DNA of 64,000 bases from the human T2T-CHM13v2.0 reference genome, Homo sapiens, in NCBI RefSeq assembly GCF_009914755.1, contig NC_060934.1; one strand, written 5' to 3'. The position numbers and the translations under genes were made by a program. Positions 18,680 to 35,884 of the stretch are shown here, piece after piece (positions within the stretch are counted from its first letter, which is position 1; every line of letters begins with the position of its first letter). The notes under the pieces are model-generated. The model had not been told where the DNA came from, did no database searches, and saw only the letters and a program-made list of their open reading frames with translations.

Positions 18680-18779
18680 CCAAGTAGTCATCCAGAGAAA
18701 ACTTGTCATTGTCCCATATCTGAATGATCAGCCTGGGTGGGATTCGAAATTCCGTTTGGTCAATACTCCAGAAATGCTC
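18680..18779 (-). CDS. MYOF: MYOF exon ~50 ([11 protein letters not shown]...[14 protein letters not shown])
   Basis: tag|GAG...TTG G|gtaggg; 100 nt, phase 0-1. Confidence 0.96.
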
Positions 18780-19328
18780 CTAAAACAAAAAGAAACATGA
18801 TCATGATGACTCTGAAACACTCACCTTTGGCTCCTTAAGACAGCATCAAAGCCTGGGGCCTTTCTCTCCTTTGCACCCCCACCCTGACACTCCCTTGGGC
18901 CTAAATCCTTCCACTCTATCTGTACAGAGAGCAGTCAGGCTCCCCAGGAAATCACAAGCTGGGCAACTGAAGGAATGTCCCAGGTTTTTCCCAAAGAAGA
19001 TTTCCTGCCATGTCCCTATCAGTGTGACTTCCCGCTGCCACCTGGGGGTTGGAGAGTGACTCATCTCCCCACCAAAGACCACTATGTCCTATTTAGATTA
19101 TCCTCCTAAGGCCAGGCATTCTAGATCAGCCCACAGTATCCAGTATCACCCACCGGGGTGTCACTTCTGCTCAGCAACTTTCTACCCACCCTCCCACCCA
19201 CACAGATGTCTGAGTATGCTCTCATTTTACATGGGGGTAAGGAGACTGGGGCCCAGATTCTACTTCTGCTCTTTTATCAGTGCAGATTTAGAATGTCTGG
19301 GATTTTTGGCCTTTGAAAAATACCATTG

Positions 19329-19653
<325 letters not shown>

Positions 19654-20131
19654 TCACTTAAGACCCTCAGATCCTCATGCTAGAGGTAGGTTGAAGGAAG
19701 ACTAGGTAAGTGTCCTGCAAGTTCTTGCCTCCATTGCCTCAGACAATGTTAGCTAAGACTAAACATCTCTACAGCTCAGGTACACCTAAGTTCCTCTGGC
19801 CCCAGTGAAAAGGGAATTTCCCAGTGTTTCATGAATTCGAAGGAAGATTACTGGGTTGTTTTTCATATTCCAGGAATGTTTTCCTTTGCAGGGCTCAGAA
19901 AGCCTGGCTCTGAGGGGCTCGGCAGCCCACTCTGCTGTTATCTGTTGCTGCCTGACTGTCCTGGGTAGGATCATGCTCCAAGCACCACAGGGTGTGGGGA
20001 GGTCCGGCCCTAGATGTGGGTAAACAGGAAAGGTAACCATACCTAAAGCCCTGATCCCCACCATCAGCCCTGATGCCACACCATCTGAAAGTGTGCATTT
20101 TTGATATCACATTGAGCTTCTGTGCCTCTTA

Positions 20132-20401
<270 letters not shown>

Positions 20402-20449
20402 AAAAGTCCCCTTTGAAGGCGTTCATCCCACTGGTATTAAAACAGTGCT

Positions 20450-20741
<292 letters not shown>

Positions 20742-21796
20742 AAAATAGTGCTTACTACAGCATTAGCACTGAGTAGGGCCAGCAGAGGGTAGGCCTAATG
20801 CGACACAGGGCTGGTGGCTGGTACATTCTGATCAGGTGTGGGGAGAGGAGGAAGCTGACAGAATGTGGAGGCAGGAATGGAACAGGGCACCTATAGAAGA
20901 CATCTGTTGTTATTGACTATGCAGGTTCTAGGCCCCCTTTTTTGGAATGAAAGCACCCAGATTTTCCTTAGCGGACTCCCCTTTTCCCCAAGTTTTAGAG
21001 AAGCTGCCTCTGTCACTAACTCTAGAGCCTGGACAATCAGAGCATCCCTGGGCAACAATGGTTGGTTCAGGGATAGGCACATGACCCCCAAAAGCAGAGA
21101 CATTGAGGCCCAATTACAGAACTCTGGTTGGCCCCATGAGGGCTTCGCTCTTCTCTTTCTGCTGAGGTTTGCGGGGAGGACAGGATGTGAGCTGGGGCTG
21201 CCACTGTCTCCTGGGGAAGAGTGTGGAGGGTGAAACCAATTTCTAAAGTCATTATCACTTCACTGTGGGATCCAGACGGGCTTAAAGCCAGCAGAAGCCT
21301 GGACTTTTTGGTAATGTGAACCAATACATCGTTTTTCTGGTGTCAGCCAGTTTGAGTTGAGTTCTGTAACTGAAAGTCTAACTAGTTAAGACCAGGAGGG
21401 CCCTGAGCCCTCATGGCAGTGCCTCTGAGGGAGGTAAAGCAGATGTGGAAGTTTGATAAGGAAGGATACCCACTTTAATACTGGGCCTCTGCTTGACTCT
21501 GCCTAGCATGGGAAGACATCAGTCTCCCCATCACATAAAGAACACACTTGGGTTGTTGTTTATACTAATACAAAACCGTTACTTCTACCCTTTATCCTTC
21601 GCCACCAGTATGTGAGTATGTGAGGGGAAAGAAAGTTGTGCTCCTCATGCTTCCTAATGACACAAATACCTGTCCTAGCAGTGTGACCTTGGACAAGTGT
21701 CAAGGTGGCAGATTCCCCATCTCTGCTGAGAAGGAGCCGGACTCAGTGACCTCCGAGATCCTGAGCAGCTCCAGCATTCTATGAGCTTCTGAGTTA

Positions 21797-22009
<213 letters not shown>

Positions 22010-23385
22010 TTAGCTTCACGTGATTGACAAGTCATGTAGCCGCAAAATTGTGCAGTAATTAGGGGAGCAAAGAGCAGGAGAATTAATGCACTTTTCTTGG
22101 GCAGATTCCAGTTATCTTCGGAGCTGGGGGTGATTTATGGAGGGGAGGTGCTCTATTGCATCCAACACAGGTTGTGGCCAAATAAAATATCATTCCCCTA
22201 AAACCAAAGCAGGAAACCCTTTAGACTTCAGTTAACAGGGCTAAGGTGAAATTTTCTGGAAAATATCAACAATGTAGCTTCTATTTTGGGTACAATGAAG
22301 CCTGCTGGCTATGACTTTAGTCCTCACAACTATAACTCATCAGTGTCTTTCAGCACTGCTGATAGGTTAAATGAATATGAGTTAGCTCAAAATTTTAGCA
22401 TTTCCTTTCCCATATTTTACTTAAGCAAACCAAAGAAGCACAAATCAAGTAATCTTACAGCTTCCTTTTTATAAATTATTCTTAAATTCACTATGATAAT
22501 ATTAATGATACCGGCAAGGAAGATGTCAGCTCTTATTTCCACATGCATATCTATGAGCATTCATTTCAGTAACATCTTAACTTTTAACGTTTGAGAAGTT
22601 TTCTTCTGCTTGTGCCTGGCACATAGTAGACACTAGATAAATACCTACTGAAGGAATGAATGAATGAATGAGTGTGCCCAGAAAGAAGTTGTTGCTACTG
22701 GGAAGACTTCTAGTTTGAAACCAGGGGGTAACATTCGATTTTACACTGTCAAAGCAATAGAGAGCGCATGGTTTTCTCGAAACTGCACATTAGAATCACA
22801 TTAGAATCGACTGGGGACGTTTTAAAAATATTGATGCCTGGACCCCACAGATAGATAGAGATTCATGGTAGGAGGCAGGCCTGGCTGGAAAAACTCTCTG
22901 AGCCTCATCTCGCATCTGTAAAATAAGATTAATGATATGTGCGCCCTTCACATGGTCGACACACAGACTGAAAAGATTATGGTTTAGCAGGGGCAGAGTG
23001 GGAATGGAGGTACCTTTAACACACAGTTATCATCTTCTATGAACCAGGTACTTTACATGCATTATTTTATTCTTCCCAACAACTGCGTAACTATCTCCAT
23101 TTTGTGGAAGAGGAAACTGAGGTTCAGAGAGAATATATTAACTTGCACAAGGTCACATAGCCCAGAACTGACAGAACTAAGTAGGATTCCCAGGTCAGTC
23201 TGATTGCGAAGTCCACATCTGTTACTCTGCCTCAAAGAACCACAGAGATTGCAAAGTCACTTGAAAATATTAAGTCCTACTATTAGTAGTGGTATTAATA
23301 CCAATCAACTGCAGTAGTTTTCCTTTTTGCTAGTCAATTAACTGACTAGATAAATGAGTTGAAAGATTCCTTTTGACTATTAACC

Positions 23386-23528
23386 TTTTTTTTTTTTTTT
23401 TTTTTTTTACAAGAGCCAGGTTCTCACTATGCTGCCCAGCCTGGACTTCAAACTACGGGGCTCAAGTGATCCTCCTGCCTCAGACTTCTGAGTAGCTGAG
23501 ACTGCAGGCGTAAGCCACCATGCCCAGT
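23386..23528 (-). mobile_element. Alu monomer (FLAM-like)
   Basis: Single left arm plus poly-T, TSD ttttgactattaac. Confidence 0.85.
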
Positions 23529-25048
23529 TTTGACTATTAACTTTTAAGGTAACTCACTGAGGAGAGTTCACATTCTCTTGGCCATGACCTTGGTGGCCTC
23601 ACCTCCTGACCCACCCCTAAGGGTCACCATCATCCTACCCTAGACTGCTCACCCTTACAGCTCTTCCTCTCTTTTTTTGGTGAATTTTCACATTTAATTT
23701 TAAACATAAATCTTTTCATACTTTAAGACAAGTCAAACAGCTCCTATAGGTATACGTATTTGTGTGCATGTATGTATATGTATAGCTTGGTATGTAATAT
23801 AATACCCAGCTGTGTCTAGCACTAGGCATGGTATTTATGCACGATTCATCTTTTCACATGTCGTATTTAGATTTTTATTCCAAATTTTGCAAGGTACTTT
23901 AAGTTGAGCTTTATTCTCTGATTAGAGGAGTTTTCTCTCCGTTCAGAATTACTTGAGTTTGTTTCCCTGATTTGAAAAAAAAAAAATAATGCTTATGATA
24001 GTCAAATAAATTTGCATATATATAATTAGCTGAGATTAGTTTCCCTAGAGAATGGTAATGAGATCCAAAAATAATAATGAAGAACTTGATGAAACATTCC
24101 CTGTTTATAGTGAACCTAAATGATACTAATTATATCTTTAACAAAGTTTTGATTGAAGGCCACATGGGATTATAGGTGAAACTTTGTTCTCACTTTATGA
24201 ATATATTAAATGTCGCAAGTCTTATCTTTCATGTATCAAGGAATCAAACTCAGTCCACGTGGAATAGCAACAATACTATGTGCCAGGCACTGTCCTAAAT
24301 GCTTTGGATAACTGGATCACCTGAATATCCCTGGGAAGGAAGAATAATCATTATCACCATTTTACAGATGAGGAACAGCGAGCTAACTACCTTGCCCAGA
24401 CAGTAGGGAAAGCACCAGAATGTAGTCGCTATGCTGTACTGCACGCAACATCTATGATCGAGGCATATGATCAAGGCATAGCCATCCACAGAGACGATTT
24501 AATTGAATTAGGCAAGTAAGAGAATATTGAACAACAATGACACTTGACATGTTGGATGCTGGCACTCAGTGCAGGTTGGGAGAATAAATTACTTCCTTTG
24601 AAATCTGCGAACATTTCCTCTTTTCCATAGACATGGGCTGCTGGTAATAAAATATGTAGAAAATGAAATTTTGGGAGCTTTACTTGTGTTTCTAAGGCTA
24701 GTTATTCAGGGTATCAAAGAGGAATAAAAAGAAACTACATGGCTAAAACGTCCCAGAAATAATACATCTGCTTAAGAAACTGAAGAAAATCCATTTTGTC
24801 AAAAAGGAAACAAAGAAATATTTATCAGTTCTTATAATCCTTATATAGCTTTCCTCATAAACAAAGTCTGTACAGGTCTTGCTCTCTCTCCTTTGCTTTC
24901 CAGGAGCTACCTAAGTAGATCACATTAATGAGATAAAATAACCTCAAAAAACCAAGAATCCTATCTTGGGCATATTCAGTAATGAAAACTCACGAAGGAG
25001 AGAGTCTGTTTCCCTGAGCTTGGCAAAGTCTCTCACATGCTAACCTTA

Positions 25049-25237
<189 letters not shown>

Positions 25238-25240
25238 TTA

Positions 25241-25330
<90 letters not shown>

Positions 25331-26658
25331 CTAAACCATTTGAAAATGAAAAGAGGACTGAAGTTATATGATGGGTAGCAGAAGTCACAATTTTCTTTCA
25401 TATTTCTTAGATGAAACTATTTCTTTGGTCTCTCTAATTTATTAGTCCACATGGAAGGCAAGAAGTGGAAGAGAGCAAACCAAGGTTAATCTTTTATGTA
25501 CAATGTCATTTAGGCCACCCACTTTCCATTCTCACTCAGGGGTCTCTGATGGCTGCACATGCCCACCTGTATCATAGTCTGGGTCTCGCCTGGTTAATAA
25601 AACTGCAGACTTCCCATCACTAACCCAACCCCAACATACACATCCCACAGGCAGGCACACGCACGTGCACACACACACACACGCGCGTGCGCGCACATCC
25701 CCCCTCTTACAATGACTTAAAATTGGGTCCTTCGCCTTTAGCAGTTCTCAGGCTGTCATTCTATCCATCACATTGCCCACCTGACACCAATCCCCATTTT
25801 GCCATACCCAAGGGTTTCTCTACTTACCTCAAAATATAAAATCAAAGTAATGAATGCAATTAGTGAAAATGGTATTTAATTTTGTAAAAGAAAAACAACA
25901 TGGCATTTTCAAAAGAGGAGCTCAAACAATGATAACATTACAGTTCCCAAAAGGTAAGGATTCCTGGCCATTGGTTCATTAGTGCCCACCACCAGGTAAG
26001 TGGCTAGCAGGAAGGGGAGGTGAAAGCCTAGACTGACATTTGTGCTCCATCTTGGTGAGGTCCTGCTCAGCTCTTTGACTGACACAGACTTGGCCCATCC
26101 ATCTGACTCGAATGTTCTTCCAGACAGGTCAGGAATGCCACGAAAAAACTATATCAACCGTACAAACCAATTTATATTCTTCAAACTGTTTTTGAGTGTT
26201 CTGTAGACTCTGTCTTCAGACAAAAACAAACTGATCTTCAAGAAAGTTGCCAAGGAAACCACTAGATTGGCTTCCTAATGCATTGTGATCAAAATACATT
26301 AAGTGGAGCTCTTGAAAAGGATGTATTTTACTATGATCCTGACTCTCCTGCAACTAATCTCTAGGGCTCAGGGCTCTACAATTCATCAAGCACTCTACAG
26401 AATATTAGGCGTCCAGTGTCTCCCCAAACCCAGCCACAGTCTGTGGCTAATGCTGGAGGCAGAAGTGATGGGGGTTTGTGGATTCCCGGGGAGAAATCTT
26501 CCTCACTCTGTCATTTCTTGAAACTCCTCATATGGCTAAGGGGTGAGAGGAGAGAAAGAAGGAGGAATAAGTTCTTTGGTGAAAGGAAGAGTAAGAAAAG
26601 GAAGAAATGGAAATGTAGAACAAAATAAAAGCAAGAAGGAAGTGACAAAACAACCTAG

Positions 26659-27045
<387 letters not shown>

Positions 27046-27733
27046 TAGATTAATATTTCTTAAAGTGTGATCAGAACCTCTTCAGGTACTTGTTAAAATT
27101 CAGATTCCTGGACCCACCCTAGACCTACTGGATCCAAATCTCTGCAGACATGGCCTGGACATCTTCATTATAACAAGCTTCCACATAGATTATTTTGTCA
27201 GTGGCCATGTCTTGCTTTGCTTCTGTGGAAACTGCTCTCCATCTTCTGGAGTGGAATGTCCCCCATTGCTATCCACATGGTCCTCGCCTCCCTGATACTG
27301 TAGTCTCAGATGGCACCTCCTGAACTGGGCCGAGCTCAATCACTTTCCCAGACCCTGCCCACCTCGCTGGAGCTCAGTGGTCCCATGGTGGGCAAAGGAG
27401 CCAAGTTTGGGCAACAAATCCCTATGCATTTAGAAGTAGATGGGGCTGCATTACAACACACAAGCACTCAAGGACTCTCTGTAATATCTGGACTCATAGG
27501 AAGGTGATCACAGCAAGAGGGCAGATGAAACAGACTCAGAGAAACAGATGAGACACAGAGAGACCCTGGTTCTGGTTTGTTCTGAGTCATGGCCAATCTC
27601 CTATCTAGATTTAGAGAGTTACCTGAAAATTCTTACAAAAAAATTCCCTTTTGATATGACGCTAATTTGAGTCTCATTTCTATTTCTGTGCATCTCAAAG
27701 TATTCAAAGAAGATAAAAGGCGCAAAAATGTCA

Positions 27734-27994
<261 letters not shown>

Positions 27995-28206
27995 CTAGAG
28001 CTGCTTCCAGCACTTCATCCCAGACTTTGCCAAAATGGACAGGCAGTGCCAACATGCAAACTTTGACTTGTGAAGGAAGAGTTGACAGAAAGAGCTTCTG
28101 ACCAGGAGCCCTGTCCCAACCAGGCTCAAGCCTAACTTGTGGACTGCCAATAGTAAAGGGGCCAGGACACCAGAACGGGTAAGTGGGAGCGTTATATATT
28201 TACTTC

Positions 28207-29540
<1,334 letters not shown>

Positions 29541-29685
29541 TCCCCATGACGGGGGAGTTGTTTGATTGTTTGGGGGTACCCTTAACCATTAGACCATGAT
29601 GCTTCCCAATTTATTTCCAATCCTGTTTGCAAGTTCACATGTTAGAAGCAGCATCAACATTTCTTAAACATCTAATCATCCCTGA

Positions 29686-30039
<354 letters not shown>

Positions 30040-30732
30040 TCAAAACATCGTTTTTTACAATGTCACGAATCAAGCTGAGGAGCAGAAAGCACTTTTCTTC
30101 CTGTGCACGTTTGTTCAGCTCCCCCTGGATATCCCATGCCCTTGCCACCGCCCCCTCTGGGTAACCCTCCCCCGTGCAAAATATGGAAGCACAGTTCGCA
30201 TGCTCTATGATGCTTACTGCAGTCTTTGTCATAGTGTAGCTAGCTGTTGATGCGTCAGGACAGGTCGGATTATAAATTGCTGGTTGGGAAAGAGCAAGAC
30301 CCCAAGCTTGAACATGAGCCAAATGGGAACATAGCAGGCTCTTCAAGCCAACCATAGCATCCCTGAAGCTTCTGGGAGAAGGGACAGAACAAATGATGGG
30401 ATAAACCTGGAAGGGAAATTCCTGCACTACTGTATGGGCATTTTTTTAGCTAATTATGCATTACATGGAAATTAGTTCATTACTAGTACTTTGTATAAAG
30501 CTCTAATGGCTATAATCTAAAAAGGGCAAGTGAAACAGCAGACAAGAAAATGTGTCCACTTTGACACTTGACAAGACAGCAGAACTCTGACGTGGCTGTT
30601 GTTAGTGTCACGTGCACAGTCTCATGTGGTATAATTAGGGTACTGGCTCTGTCTATTCACTCCCCCAAACCCAGCAATATATATGGGTTACTATACTTTG
30701 TACCAGTTTACAATCCACAGCTAGGTGCTCAC

Positions 30733-30881
30733 CAAATTCATCCAAGCTGTAGTCTCGTCCTCCATATCTGATTCTACTCCCATCTTCGGAAAGGATGGGT
30801 TGTGGGAAGCCTTTGAATCTGGCGACATTTTGAAGCAGCTGTGTTGGTCTCAGTTGATCTCGCCAGGTATTGACTCCAGAA
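30733..30881 (-). CDS. MYOF: MYOF exon ~45 (VSGVNTWRDQLRP...DYSLDEF)
   Basis: cag|T TCT...TTT G|gtgagc; 149 nt, phase 2-1. Confidence 0.96.
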
Positions 30882-31633
30882 CTGTGAATAGCATCACGTG
30901 GCTCGGAGTTACGGAGGAGCCTGCAGGTTCTTCTCAGATTCACACATACATGCTCATGTACTCTTAGGTGCTCCCATATAGTGGGTGCAGAAAATCTGCG
31001 CTACACTCTGACTTTGGCCTAGAAATCTATTTCAGAGTCCTAAAAACCCATATGCTATTTTGGCCTCAGAGAAACAAATGTATTTATTTATTTAATATTA
31101 TTTAGCCCTCAGTTTCCTCCTCCATAAAAGTGAGGAGTTGAGATCACTCTAGTCACAATAGGCAAACTCATAAACTAGAAATTGCAAGCTATGTCTTAAT
31201 CAGATACTGTGGAAAGACACTGTATACCAGGCAGGGGAAGAGGGAGTCACAAAATTAAGTAGAGGGCACAAAGAATCCCTATTTCCCAAGGACAGGAAAT
31301 CCCTGCTATCAAACGTTGCCAGTCCTCAGTCCTTGACATCCAGGAGGGGCTCAATGACGGGGAGCAAGGGAACTGGTCTCTGGGCTGCTAACTGTGCCAT
31401 TCCCCAGCGCACAGCACTGCTCCAGCTGCCACCATTTTACACACACTGTGATGTGAATAGGGGCCATGAGGTGGCCCGGAGATTCCCTAGAATAATCCTG
31501 CGATTGAAATCCATACCTGAGTGATAGGAGCAGTGGCTCAGTGAAGGAAGGCACTAAGGTAGAGGGCCTAGGCCTCCCCAGGTGCCAATGTCAGAGGCAG
31601 CAAAGTGCCTCTTGTACAGTCAAAGCAACTTAC

Positions 31634-31804
31634 ACACAGTACTCCTCTGGTATGCCGCAGTGGGACCCAAAGCGGGAAAGGAATCGGTTTTCCAGATCAA
31701 TAATTGTTTCTCCTACTTTTTCATCCCGGGTAAAGGTGTCATAATCATAGACAGAAATTTTCAGGTCTTTTTCTTGAGGTAAGTAGCAGCTCAGTTCGTA
31801 CATC
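31634..31804 (-). CDS. MYOF: MYOF exon ~44 ([10 protein letters not shown]...[15 protein letters not shown]...IPEEYC)
   Basis: tag|G ATG...TGT GT|gtaagt; 171 nt, phase 2-2. Confidence 0.96.
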
Positions 31805-34099
31805 CTAAATAAACAAATGCAAGGTCAGAATCTTCATGATCCATCTGAGTACCTCACAAAAACTGGGGCTCTGTGCACAGAATTCCCAGGCTGTGTGTAG
31901 TATGGCTGCTGGAGGACATCTGAGCAGGATAACCAGGGTGGGTGGTGGTGGGTGGCTTGATAAATAGTACATACCAGAAATAAGAACAAGAAGAGAACAT
32001 ATGCTTGCTCAGGGAAACCTGTGGGCTTTAAATGCCTAGCTTCAAATCCTACCTCTGCTGCTTACCAGCTGTGGGACTCTAGACCAGTTACTTCTCTGTG
32101 CTAAGTTTTCTCATCTGTAAAGTGGTGATAATAATCCCTCCCATCAGTGTCGCTATAAGTGTCAAGTGAAGAAATATTTAGAGAGCATCTGACATGAGTG
32201 CATCGCTCCAATGCCAGTATAATAATAATGATGTATTATATTATTAACTTTATCATCACATGCCCATTAGCTGTTCACCAGAGCACCTCCACCCAGCTCA
32301 GAGATGAGTAAGGCACAAGTACCCTGACTTATAGCCCCCTACCTGTGCCCCTCCTAGGTTCCCTCCTCTGCCTCAATAGAGACCACTGCCCCATGGAACA
32401 TCTTTGACTCACCCCACAGAAGCACAGGGGAGGGGAGTGAGTGTGATTCACCATAGGGTGTGATATGTAGGGTGCCCCAAAGGCTCCCCTCTTCTCCCAG
32501 ACCCACTGGGTATGCCCTTGGCTCCAGTTCTTTAAGGCTTTTCTATAGAACCCATATGAAAATGCAAACACTCCTGAGATGAAGAGAAAGAGTCAGACAG
32601 TGCTTCTGTGGTGGGTGGGCGATGTATGCTAGAGGGTGGGCTTTGGGCTCTGTATCTGCACTATCCACAGAGGGACAGTCCCGGAGAAGGTGCTCAATAT
32701 GTTCTATTGAAGGAGAAGCTGTGAGAGGCCTCCTCTCTGCCTCCTCCCCTTCTCCTTGCACTCTGGTGTGTGGACTGGTCCCTGCCCAAAGAGCCAGGAA
32801 TGTTGATCCATTTGAGCAGAAAACAGATGTGAGAAAAGGTGCTTGAGTCATGACACATGAAGCACCTTACCCACATGTGCCCCCAAACATCACATTTCCA
32901 ATCCCAACTTCCAAGAAGCAAATCATATGTGGTCTCTGGAAAGAATTCTTCAGTCAAATAAGGTTGAGAACCACTTCTTTTGCAGTTCTTCTGGACAAAC
33001 TAAAGGTTCTGAGAAGTCCTGCAATTATAACTTTTAAACCCAAGTGTCTTGGTTTTACTAAGGAATATTTTTTTTTCTTGGAACATCAATTAATATCCTG
33101 TGGAAGACACCGATATTCTTTTGAAGGTGATCTGCCATGATGGATAGGACTCTGAGTAACGGCCACGCACATAGGAAAGGTTGTTCCTTCCTGAATTCCT
33201 GTTCCAGAGTCCCCAAGAGTCTCTGCGGAGAAGAAGGCTACCCCCTAAGACTGAGGCCATGGACTGGAGCCATCTGGGGGCTGCAGAGCCGGCATCTCCT
33301 TGGCTCCACCCTGCTGGATGAGGGGAAGTCTGCCCATCCGCCAGACAGCGATTGGCCGAGCAGAGCCTACAGCACCCCTTCCTTCCAGGGTGCCTCCGAG
33401 CAAGACTTTTCCTGCCACTTAATTAAGCTTGTGCCTGGCTCCTCTGAGACGAGCAATTCAGACAGGGTTGCCTTTCTCCCTTCAAAGCTGGCTTTCCCTG
33501 CTTCCCTGTCTCCCTCACGGGAGCCCTCCTTCCTGCCCTGCGTGCCTTTTCCTGTCTAGACCTCGGGGCTGGATCAGTGGAAGAAAAGGAAAACGATCAT
33601 ATTGCGGTGCCAGAGGATTACTTCCATTCCCTGGCCCGGGTGCATGGCCTTGGGTGTGCAGCATGCGGGGGGCGTAGGGGGGGTGGGGGGTGGGCAGGTG
33701 TGTGCATGTATGTGTGTGTGACACATGACAGAGAAAGAATACGTAAGGCTACAAACCAACAAACCCGAGAAGGAAAGAAGCATATGGGCAAGATAATAAA
33801 GCCAGAAATAAAAATATATGCCACGCAGCAAATAAGAACACAGTATTCTCTCACTCAGCAAGGTTCTGAGAACAAAACATCATTTTCACAAATGTCTCAG
33901 ACAGAGAACATTTTTCTACAGGTGATGGCTTTGCCACAAATGTGAAACATCACCAAGGCGGTTGGAAAAGCATGGGGCTTGGAGTCAGCAGAATTTCTAG
34001 CTAAATCTCGGCTCTATCACTTACCCCACCTCTATTAATAGAGCTCTGGGAGCCCTGTTTTCTGCACCTGTACAGTCGGGTTGGTAATCCCTGCCCTGA

Positions 34100-34490
<391 letters not shown>

Positions 34491-34506
34491 CTCACTCTTC
34501 TCTTAA

Positions 34507-34877
<371 letters not shown>

Positions 34878-35190
34878 TTATATAAACAGCTCCGCAGACA
34901 GCCAGGTGGGAGGGGGGTCCCCGGAAAAACTCCAACTGGCCTGTGCTCCTATAACACTAGTACTAATGCTGTCTGTCTACCCTGCAAGCTATCAGAACCA
35001 AGCTTCTTCACTTCTGTGAAGTTCTTTTATTTTGGGTTTATCTATTTATTACCTGCTCCCCTGTCTAGAATGTTTATCTAGTTCACAAACACAGTTTCAG
35101 AGCCTAGGACAGGGTTGGACACATATTAGAGTCTTCATGCATGTTCCGTGGAGAAATGAAGGCCAGAAAAACATTTAAGAATGTATATTA

Positions 35191-35307
<117 letters not shown>

Positions 35308-35728
35308 TTACATCATTGTAGGGCGCAAGGTGAAGTCAAGTTCAGGGACAGACTCAGCTCGCCTCCACACCCACTCCCAGCTGATGACAAGGTGGCCGCC
35401 ATGGCACCCCGTGCCTAAGACAAGGGAGCAATGCTCTCCTTTGGGTGGCATGCAGCCAGTTGTGTGGGTGCAGGGGTGGTGGCAGGGGGCGGGGGGGAGT
35501 CCTGGCTCACACCTGTAAAATGAGAAGGATGAACCAGGGGACCTTAAGCCCCCCGCAAGCTCTTAGATAAATCCCCATGGGGACAATCCTCCTGAATACA
35601 TTGTTTTGATGGAGTATCTTTCCCCTAGTGAGATAACAGACGCCCAGAAAGAAAGAACATGACAATTATTGTGGCTGATGACTGTAATTATCTTGCTACA
35701 GGAGAAGGCCCCACACCCAAACTCTTAC

Positions 35729-35884
35729 CAGGCCATTGTTGTCCTGGGGCTGGAGCTCTAAGCCTCGAACAATGTAAATCCTAACCGTGCATTCCTGTGG
35801 GACGCTGTCAGGTAATTCCCGAAACTGTCTGGGAGGGGCTGGCACGCTGGGGTCATCCGGCAGAGGGTAGATCCGAAAGGAGCC
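35729..35884 (-). CDS. MYOF: MYOF exon ~42 ([11 protein letters not shown]...[19 protein letters not shown]; C2)
   Basis: tag|GGC...CTG|gtaaga; 156 nt, phase 0-0. Confidence 0.96.

Noticed and set aside
20778-20795. CTCF-like ccagcagagggtag (and tagcagggggtgcc near 11141)
   Set aside because: Mismatches at core positions; not supportable without ChIP data
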